Of a stretch of DNA of 64,000 bases, positions 20,586-28,350 are shown in pieces. Under the pieces are notes generated by a model, which ran no database searches, had not been told where the DNA came from, and saw only the letters and a program-made list of their open reading frames with translations. Both the position numbers and the translations under genes were made by a program. Numbering within the stretch: position 1 is the first letter of the stretch; every line of letters begins with the position of its first letter. Source of the DNA: Candidatus Poribacteria bacterium (GTDB lineage: Bacteria; Poribacteria; WGA-4E; WGA-3G). The DNA lies in the NCBI GenBank assembly GCA_965215265.1, contig OZ244048.1, forward strand, positions 2,752,001-2,816,000, in the 5' to 3' direction.

Positions 20586-20804
20586 TTTTTCTCCTCAAGC
20601 GTTTTTCAGATATATTAGCACGCGGGCAATTTTCTGTCAAAAGATTTTCCAAATATTTTTCAAACGTTGCACATAAAGCGTGTGCCTTGCTACCGCACCA
20701 AATGTTCACTTACCCCCATTTTTTTGAAGGTTTGTCGTAAAAGGTTTTTGTTTTGATCTTTCGTATATCTCGCATCAGTCCCTCTCCCGACAAGGCTAGC
20801 GTTC

Positions 20805-21704
20805 CTATCGGTTTAGGCTTTGCGTGAAGGCATCAAGGCTCTCCGCTTGAACAGCGGCGAGCAGCAGCAGCTCAAGGTGTTGTAAATCGGTAATACGGTG
20901 CAAGGCAGGGGCTAAGGCGTTGACAGTATCCGGTGAAAACTTAGCGCTCAGCACGGCCAATGTATTTTTGATGGTGCTCTCTTTCGCACCTCGTTCTATG
21001 CCTTGTTCTATACCTTGTGCGATAAATTCATCGCGTAACAGTTGGAAATATTTAGATTCTCGCATCAGTCCCTCCGGTATCAGACGTTTGAAAAGCGACG
21101 CGTCATGCACAACACTCCCGAAAACCGACAGCGCACACAGTAAATCTCCTTGCGTCCCCTCATCCAAATCCGTCCCTGTCGTCGCGGTTATACATCTTTG
21201 AATCCAAGCCGCTGAGTCCAAACCCCCGGGCGGTTTCATCAACGGCGTGAACGGCAACAGCCCAGGCGCAGCTAACGCCAAAATAGATTCACCTTCTACT
21301 TCTATCAGACGGATAACCTTATACCGCAACCGATAGGCGTAGCCACACATACTATATTCATACACACCCCCATCCCTTCGCCCCGCTGACGGATGAAAGT
21401 ACAGCACATTCGAATACACCGGCAGCTGGTATTCCCCAAGCAGATACCCGTGATACGCTGCGTTTCGCGCCCACATCGGTTTGGGTGTGCTATCTCGCAC
21501 CTGCAACTCTATGTGTAGGATAGCCTCCTCGTTATCAACGCGGATACGCTTGGTGCTATCGACACGCTGCCCGATAACCACCTGTTGTTCGGTGTCAAGG
21601 TTTTCAAGCACCTGAACATTGTCCACCCCGAGTATAAACCGTGAGATGTCGTGGGCATGCTCCGTCAACAACTCTTTTGCCATATTATCATAGTCCTGTG
21701 CCAT
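20805..21704 (-). CDS. Rpn family recombination-promoting nuclease / putative transposase (PD-(D/E)XK)
   Basis: RVD...ILHIELQ nuclease core, LPVYSNVLY, LLPFTPLM, QGIEQGIERG repeat tail; ATG 21704 just downstream of the -10 box. Confidence 0.8.
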   Translation of the reverse strand: MAQDYDNMAKELLTEHAHDISRFILGVDNVQVLENLDTEQQVVIGQRVDSTKRIRVDNEEAILHIELQVRDSTPKPMWARNAAYHGYLLGEYQLPVYSNVLYFHPSAGRRDGGVYEYSMCGYAYRLRYKVIRLIEVEGESILALAAPGLLPFTPLMKPPGGLDSAAWIQRCITATTGTDLDEGTQGDLLCALSVFGSVVHDASLFKRLIPEGLMRESKYFQLLRDEFIAQGIEQGIERGAKESTIKNTLAVLSAKFSPDTVNALAPALHRITDLQHLELLLLAAVQAESLDAFTQSLNR

Positions 21705-21710
21705 AAAGTT

Positions 21711-21740
21711 ATTATACACCAATGTGTTGAAAAAAGTCAA
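21711..21740 (-). promoter_or_regulatory. sigma70 promoter giving a probably leaderless rpn mRNA
   Basis: TTGACT-18-TATAAT; ATG follows 6 nt after the -10 box with no Shine-Dalgarno. Confidence 0.65.
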
Positions 21741-21743
21741 GTT

Positions 21744-21888
21744 TTCGTATATTTCAGCGCTATAAAGGCTGCTGCTCTATTAAAACCTTTGCAAACCTCG
21801 TCAGAGCCATTTGGTGTTTAGATTCTAAACATCGGAATCCTCCGACGAGATTTTTAGTATCTTCTCTGTCCTTCAGGACAGAGAAGAT
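21744..21888. repeat. Bipartite element copy, inner inverted repeat and a perfect 14-bp hairpin
   Basis: Boxes 21744-21756 and 21790-21802 (33-nt spacer); AAACCTCGTCAGAG...CTCCGACGAGATTT; ATCTTCTCTGTCCT-TC-AGGACAGAGAAGAT at 21859-21888. Confidence 0.75.
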
Positions 21889-22071
21889 TACCTTATACCT
21901 GCCATCTATAGACTATCTTTTATTCGCCACCCACTGGGAATACCTATCCTGCCACTTTTCTCACAGATAAACCTAACAATATCACACACAGACGACTCTC
22001 AGAAAAAAAATGGGGGTAAGTGAGCCCCAAATGCTCTTGACATTTTTTGACTGAATATGGTATTATTTTAC

Positions 22072-22366
22072 GGGTAGGCGGGTTGCCCTGTTACCTCCGT
22101 TCACGTCTGGGAGCAGAGTTGGAGCTGGCTATTGGGACACTAGCTGCGCCTGTGGCAAAAGGATGTGGGCATGGGTGTATTAGCATCTATAAAATCAGAA
22201 GTTAATGGTTTTATAGATGCCAACCTCATAGTGAAATTGCGTATAGCCCTTTAGCCACTTGAGAAAGAATTTAAGCGACACGGCGACAGATGGCGCAGCC
22301 ATTCGCGCTTGTGCATCTCCTATTTTGTCTTATCAGATTCGTTCGTGAACGAGTGACGAATGAATC
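22072..22366 (+). ncRNA. Candidate structured RNA or long 5' leader of unknown class
   Basis: Follows TTGACA-18-TATTAT (22037-22066); nested complementary segments GCTGCGCC/GGCGCAGC, GTGGC/GCCAC, GCATCTATAAAA/TTTTATAGATGC, with 5' and 3' hairpins. Confidence 0.35.
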
Positions 22367-22397
22367 GATTACCAAACACGAAGATTTAGGTAAGAAC

Positions 22398-23798
22398 ATG
22401 CCAGCCAAACAATATCCTAACTTGCTCATTATCATGTCCGACGAACATGCCCCGATGTTCAGTGGTCCTTACGGACATCCGCTTGTGCAAACGCCGAACC
22501 TGGATCGACTCGCTGCGAACGGTGTCACCTTCACGAATGCTTACTGCAATTCGCCACTCTGTATGCCTTCACGGATGTCCTTCATGACTGGCAAGTACAT
22601 CCACCGCATCGGTGCCTGGGATAATGCAGCGCCTTTGCGTCCGGATGCTGTCACATGGGCGCATCGTCTCCGTTCAGTCAACTACGATGTTGTCCTCTCT
22701 GGAAAACAGCACTTCGGCGGCATGGATCAGCTGCACGGATTTCGTGCACAACTCGCCCGCGACTTACACGCCGAGCGACAGCATGCGCTCAGTGACTGGG
22801 CGGACGGTACCCCCGCTGCACGCCGCCCATGGCAAGGCCTTGCCCAGGCAGCCCCCGGTACAACGGAGGAGATTGAGGTGGATGATCTTGTAGAAACCGC
22901 AGCGTTGGTGTATCTCCGGGACGCAGCACGACACGAACAGCCCTGGGCACTGAATGTGTCATTCATCGCACCACATTTTCCGCTCGTGGTACCCCAACGT
23001 TTCTGGGAGCTCTATCCGCTTGATGAAATAGATTTACCTGAAATTCCAGACGGACATCTCGAAAACCAGCATCCTGTCTATCAACGGATGCGACGCATGT
23101 TCGGCTGTGTCAACTTTCCGGAAGAGCTCGTCCGACGCGGTAGGGCAGGCTATTACGGATTGATTACCTACCTTGATGAAAAGATCGGACGGTTGCTCCA
23201 GACACTGGAGGCGACAGGTCAAGCAGAAAATACCGTAATCATCTATACCAGCGACCATGGCGAGATGAATGGCGAACACGGTATGTGGCGTAAGTCAAAC
23301 TTCTATGAGGCATCCGTGCGTGTCCCGCTACAGATTGCCTGGCCCGGACACTTACCGAGTGCCAAACGGATTGATGATGTCGTTTCATTGGTAGATGTCA
23401 CCGCAACCCTCATTGAGTTAGCCGATGCACCGAAAACGGGACAACTTGATGGCGACAGTTTACTCTCTTTGATGCGGGGCACCGATAGTGAATGGAAAGA
23501 TTTTGCCTTCGCCGAATACTTGGCGCACGGCATCCAACGGCCAATGGCAATGCTACGGAAAGGACGATATAAATTCAATTATAGCCTCGGGGATGCTCCG
23601 GAACTTTATGACATCATAGAAGACCCAGGTGAATTTCACGACTTGGCAGATGCCGCGGCGTACGAAGAAATTCTGGAGGAACTTCAGGCACAATTGTTAG
23701 CAGAATGGAATCCAATTGAACTTGAAAAGAAGGTACGCGAGAGCCAGAAGGCACGGATACTGATTGATAAGGTTACTGATGGAGAGTGGAGGAAGTAA
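22398..23798 (+). CDS. Sulfatase, choline-sulfatase (BetC)-like
   Basis: NLLIIMSDEH, CMPSR formylglycine motif, GKQHF, SDHGEM, FYEASVRVP; start ATG 22398. Confidence 0.88.
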   Translation: MPAKQYPNLLIIMSDEHAPMFSGPYGHPLVQTPNLDRLAANGVTFTNAYCNSPLCMPSRMSFMTGKYIHRIGAWDNAAPLRPDAVTWAHRLRSVNYDVVLSGKQHFGGMDQLHGFRAQLARDLHAERQHALSDWADGTPAARRPWQGLAQAAPGTTEEIEVDDLVETAALVYLRDAARHEQPWALNVSFIAPHFPLVVPQRFWELYPLDEIDLPEIPDGHLENQHPVYQRMRRMFGCVNFPEELVRRGRAGYYGLITYLDEKIGRLLQTLEATGQAENTVIIYTSDHGEMNGEHGMWRKSNFYEASVRVPLQIAWPGHLPSAKRIDDVVSLVDVTATLIELADAPKTGQLDGDSLLSLMRGTDSEWKDFAFAEYLAHGIQRPMAMLRKGRYKFNYSLGDAPELYDIIEDPGEFHDLADAAAYEEILEELQAQLLAEWNPIELEKKVRESQKARILIDKVTDGEWRK

Positions 23799-23802
23799 GG
23801 GC

Positions 23803-23831
23803 TTGACAATTCGGCAAAAATTTTCTATACT
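23803..23831 (+). promoter_or_regulatory. sigma70 promoter upstream of the toxin pseudogene and mod
   Basis: TTGACA-17-TATACT; ATG at 23838. Confidence 0.75.
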
Positions 23832-23837
23832 TGAGAT

Positions 23838-24018
23838 ATGCAAATTCGCCACAGCGAGATACTCGTCTATACTACACCAAACGGACGTAATCCTTATCGG
23901 CAACGGTACACGCGGATTAAAGATGAAAAGCGAAGATAAATATCTCTCATAGAATTGGACTTTACGAGCAGGTAACTTCGGCGATTTCAAGCAACTGAGC
24001 GCGGATTTATATGAATAG
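23838..24018 (+). pseudogene. RelE/HigB-like (HI1419-type addiction killer) toxin pseudogene
   Basis: Hand translation across two frameshifts: MQIRHSEILVYTTPNGRNPYRQRYTRIKDE / KINISHRIG / LRAGNFGDFKQLSADLYE*, matching the Y.T..G..PF..W...LRD.......RL.R...GN.GD.K......EL pattern. Confidence 0.7.
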
Positions 24019-24123
24019 AAGAGGTAGCAGAAGCACAAGGCGGAATTGCTTTCCTTGTTGCATAGACACAACTCAGTTATCAGAATCTTACTTATCTTCA
24101 AAATTCTGGACATTCGGAGGAAC

Positions 24124-25870
24124 ATGATGAAAATCAGCCCTGTTAAAGGGAGAGCGATGCTTCATTGGGTGGGCAAACGCCCCCTCGAGACGGTAAGCAA
24201 TTATCCCGCCCAATTGGTGGAAACTTATAACGTTGAAAACCCGGAGAAAGAGCCGCTATATGATAGATTTTTGGAGGGACCGAATCTCCTCTTTCACGGG
24301 GATAACAAGGATATTCTCTCCACCTTACTTGTCAACGGCTTCCGTGGCAAGGTAGATCTCATCTACATTGACCCGCCTTTTGCCAGCGGTGCAGACTATG
24401 TTCGAAAGGTGAAACTCCGCGGCATTAGAGGGACTACCCTGAGTGAAGGTGCTGGGAACCCAGGTGGGAGTAGGGGGGGGTAAACCCGCTTCTTTAACAG
24501 GCGAAGGTCACTCCATTATTGAACAGACACAATACACCGACATCTGGGCAAACGATAACTATCTCCAGTTCATGTTTGAGCGGCTTATCTTGATGCGCGA
24601 ACTGCTGTCGGATGCTGGTTCTATTTACCTGCACTGTGACCCGACAATGAGTCATTATCTGAAATTGATTATGGATGAGATCTTCGGCATACAACAATTT
24701 CGCAATGAGATTGTGTGGGGATATGAAAAACCGCGTTCAGCAACACGTATATGGAAGAGAAATCACGATATTGTATTATTTTATACAAGGACTGATGACT
24801 ACACTTTTAATATTCAGCGCGTTCCTACACTTGATGGTAAATTCGAAATGAAAAAACCCTTCAAACGGCCCGACGGTAGCGTATGGGAAGCGAAAGAACC
24901 AGGCAAGCAAGCTGGATCATGGTGGTCTGATATAGCTTCATTTGCAACGAGAATGACAGCAAGAGAGCGTACAAATTTTCCTACTCAAAAGCCGGAGAAA
25001 CTGATAGAACGCATCATCAAAGCGTCAAGCAACGAAGACTCCATCGTGCTTGATTGCTTCGTGGGCAGTGGCACCACCGCAGTCGTCGCTGAAAAACTCC
25101 GCAGACGCTGGATCGCCGCAGATCTGAACAGAGGGGCCATACAGACGACAATGAAACGCATCCAGACAACTATTGCCGAACACCGCGGAATCGCTCATTA
25201 TCGCATCAATAACTATCACTTTAGCGAACAACAGGAACTTCGCAGGCTCCTCATCGAAAAGTATGGTGTCGAAACCGACAAGAAGGACCGCTTCTTTGAC
25301 GGCACCGTAGACGGAACCCTCGTCAAAATCGTTGAACTGACGAAACCGCTCACCCGATTAGATATTCAGCTTATCAAAGACGAACTTCAGCACCGCCCTG
25401 ATGAGACGCGCTCGGTGACGGTGCTCTGCAACGGCAGCGAGCTGGGAATACAAGCCGAACTTGACGCAGAAAACAAGCATCACCCGATTAATAAACTCAT
25501 CGTGCGGGACATCCAACGCGACGGTGTCACAACCTTCGCCTCTGCTGAAGCAGAAGTTGCCTTCAAAAGAGACGGGCAGCACGTTACCATCACCCTCGTA
25601 GATTATATCAGTCCGACCATCTTAGGGCGTTTGGAGATAGCCCGCACCCTCTTTGACGAACAAGTTGATGATTTCCGTGCCCAGGTTGATTGCGTGCTGA
25701 TAGATACGGACTACAACGGCAGGCATTTCAGAATCGTTGCGAGTGATGTGCCGGAGAAGCAGCGCGATTTTATCAAGGGCCAATACACGGTAGTGCTGCC
25801 GCACCCTGATGCCCGCGTTGCCGTCAAGATTATTGATATGCTGGGTGAGGAAACCGTGGTAACAGAATAA
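24124..25870 (+). pseudogene. Type III Mod-like adenine DNA methyltransferase split by a frameshift at a G8 tract
   Basis: 5' frame has KGRAMLHWVGK and LIYIDPPF; 3' frame has QYTDIW, FPTQKPE and [10 protein letters not shown]; G7 at 24473-24480 would fuse them. No res gene adjacent. Confidence 0.85.
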
Positions 25871-25963
25871 ACAGTTCTGGGGCTATAAACGTCCTACGCC
25901 TTGGCTAAGACATGTTATTGCCTGAGTAGATGTCGCAAAAACTATTGGGAAAGCGGTAACAAT

Positions 25964-27382
25964 ATGGCTTTATCACAAAAGCATCCGAACCTCATCTACG
26001 TTTTCGCAGATCAGCTCCGGTATCAGTCGTGTGGGTATGCGGGTGATGTGAGAGCGTACACGCCCAACATAGACCTGCTTGCTACAGAAGGCGCGAATTT
26101 CTGCAGTGCTGTCTCCGGGAGTCCGATGTGCGCGCCGTATCGTGCCTCGCTCTTTACCGGCAAATACGCCAGCAGTACCGGCATGGCGATTAATGAACTC
26201 CGGATGAACCCGAACCACGACTGCTTCGGACATGTCTTGCACCGGAACGGTTATCAGACAAGTTACATCGGAAAATGGCATCTCTGGGCAAATCAATTGG
26301 GAAATCATCATGAGTCTCAGAATTCTTATATTCCGCCGGGCCCGTATAGACTCGGTTTTGATGGGGATTGGGCAGCGTACAATTTCCATCACCGTTATTT
26401 TGATGCCTATTATCATAGAGACACGCGTGAAAAAATTCCAATTCCGGGCTATGAACCTGATGGTCAGACAGATTTGGCGATTCAGTCCGTTCGACAGATG
26501 GCATCCGCAGATAAACCGTTCGCTTTGTTCCTTTCAATCGGCACCCCACATGACCCATGGACACAGGATAACGTCCCGTCTGCTGATTATCAGAGGTTCA
26601 AGGAAGTTGAGTTTGCACTCCCGCCCAATTATCGTGCTCAAAACGACCGTTATGGTGATAGCTGGGCACAGATGTCGGCTAGGGAGCGTGCTAATCTGCC
26701 GGAATGGATGCGCGTCTATTACGCCATGACAACGAATTTGGATCGAAATATAGGAAGGTTACTTCGGACGGTTGATGAGCTCAGGCTGCGCAACAATACA
26801 ATTTTTGTTTTCACGTCTGACCACGGGGAAATGTTCGGTGCCCAAGGCCGCCGCGCGAAAAACATTTTTTATGAGGAAGCCGTCCGCATCCCATTTCTCA
26901 TCCGGTGGCAAGGTAATATCCCGGAATCACACGTGTCCACCGCCTGTCTCAATACGCCGGACATCATGCCCACGCTCTTGTCACTGATGAGCCTGCCGAT
27001 TCCGAATGCTGTTGAGGGCACAGATCTGAGCGGTGCCGCTTTGAATCAGCCGTCTGAGCAACCAGATGCCGCGTTCATGCAAGGAATGGGATGCACTGCG
27101 AAATGGGAAGATGGCTTCGAGTGGCGTGCGCTACGGACAGGGCAGCATACCTACGCCGTTCATCGCGCAGATGGAACCGAGAAACTCTTCGATAACGCAT
27201 CGGACCCCTTTCAAACGCACAATCTCATTGATGACAGCACATCTGTATCACTTCGAGACGAATTCCGGGAAATGTTAAAGTGCCGTATGGACGCACTTAA
27301 TGATACTTTTGAGGCGTGTACGTGGTACCGGGACAATTGGACTGAGAATCGAGTTATTCTGCGCACAGCAACGTTAACATAA
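25964..27382 (+). CDS. Sulfatase family protein
   Basis: PNLIYVFADQ, CAPYRASLFTG, GKWHL, SDHGEM; start ATG 25964. Confidence 0.9.
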   Translation: MALSQKHPNLIYVFADQLRYQSCGYAGDVRAYTPNIDLLATEGANFCSAVSGSPMCAPYRASLFTGKYASSTGMAINELRMNPNHDCFGHVLHRNGYQTSYIGKWHLWANQLGNHHESQNSYIPPGPYRLGFDGDWAAYNFHHRYFDAYYHRDTREKIPIPGYEPDGQTDLAIQSVRQMASADKPFALFLSIGTPHDPWTQDNVPSADYQRFKEVEFALPPNYRAQNDRYGDSWAQMSARERANLPEWMRVYYAMTTNLDRNIGRLLRTVDELRLRNNTIFVFTSDHGEMFGAQGRRAKNIFYEEAVRIPFLIRWQGNIPESHVSTACLNTPDIMPTLLSLMSLPIPNAVEGTDLSGAALNQPSEQPDAAFMQGMGCTAKWEDGFEWRALRTGQHTYAVHRADGTEKLFDNASDPFQTHNLIDDSTSVSLRDEFREMLKCRMDALNDTFEACTWYRDNWTENRVILRTATLT

Positions 27383-27494
27383 AATCGATTTGGCATCGTC
27401 TCGGTAAAGGGGTGCTATGCTAAAGATTGCACCTACGACGGTTGCATCTCTCCAATTCGTTTCACGGTAAATCAACTAGAATTTGAAAAAAAAC

Positions 27495-28298
27495 ATGGTA
27501 CGACAAGAAAACAGCAGCGACAAAGATATTGGTGGTGAATATCCATCAAGTCCCTCACGGCAAGCGCTAGAGTTTACGGATATCTTGGACGTAGCATTCA
27601 GCCTCTATCGGAACCACTCCTCCCTATTTTTAGGTCCCATCATTGTCCATCTGGTTGGGACGGCTATCTTAATAGAAGTGATTCCAACTCCCCTTGGATT
27701 TGGTATAGCATTACCATTTTTCCTAATAGGATCCGGGGGGCTTGTTTTCGCAAGCGCCCAAACCTACCTCGGGAGAGACATCACAATACGAGCCGCCTTG
27801 AGGCAAACTGTACGCCAATTTTGGCTGCTCTTAGGCACTTTTCTAGTCTGGGTTTTAGTTGTATGCGGATTGGCTTTAACACTCATTGGTATCCCGGTCG
27901 CAATTTATTTTGCAATTCGATGTTTTTTTTTCTTTCAAGTTGTTTTAATAGAGGAGACCTCAATACGGAATGCGCTAAGGCGGAGTCGCGATTTGGTTTC
28001 CCAAACGTGGTGGCGTATCTTTGGAATGATGCTAGGGATTCTATTCTTCATCTGGGCGATTCACTCTATCCTTGAGTTCTCTATAGGATTTATCCTGAGT
28101 TTGACAGGACTTCTTAAGGATATAGACTTTGTAGAACTGATCAGATGGGCGATTTGGGAATTACCTGATGATGGAATAGAATTGCGCTCTGATGTGATAC
28201 TGTCTTTGATTCGCCTAGCAGTTTGCACGCTCTCGGATTCTATTATGATTATTGGGCTGACGGTTCTTTACTTCGATCAGCGCCACCGGAAAGAGTAA
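27495..28298 (+). CDS. Integral membrane protein (GPDPase-membrane-domain-like)
   Basis: About 6 TM segments; ALRRSRDLV..TWWRIFG and LYFDQR motifs. Confidence 0.6.
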   Translation: MVRQENSSDKDIGGEYPSSPSRQALEFTDILDVAFSLYRNHSSLFLGPIIVHLVGTAILIEVIPTPLGFGIALPFFLIGSGGLVFASAQTYLGRDITIRAALRQTVRQFWLLLGTFLVWVLVVCGLALTLIGIPVAIYFAIRCFFFFQVVLIEETSIRNALRRSRDLVSQTWWRIFGMMLGILFFIWAIHSILEFSIGFILSLTGLLKDIDFVELIRWAIWELPDDGIELRSDVILSLIRLAVCTLSDSIMIIGLTVLYFDQRHRKE

Positions 28299-28350
28299 GT
28301 AGCGTTGCACCAGACGAAGCCTCAGTTTTACGCCCTACGCACCGAATTTA

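Larger units (their letters stand above)
20706..22023. mobile_element. Putative TIR-bounded element carrying an Rpn-family gene
   Basis: 20-bp perfect inverted repeats TCACTTACCCCCATTTTTTT (20706-20725) and 22004-22023; flanks GCACCAAATGT and GCCCCAAATGC (9/11 identical). Confidence 0.55.

Noticed and set aside
22072-22366. Retron msr-msd or tmRNA
   Set aside because: No reverse transcriptase in the window and no tRNA-like ends or ALAA-type tag; kept only as an unclassified structured RNA.
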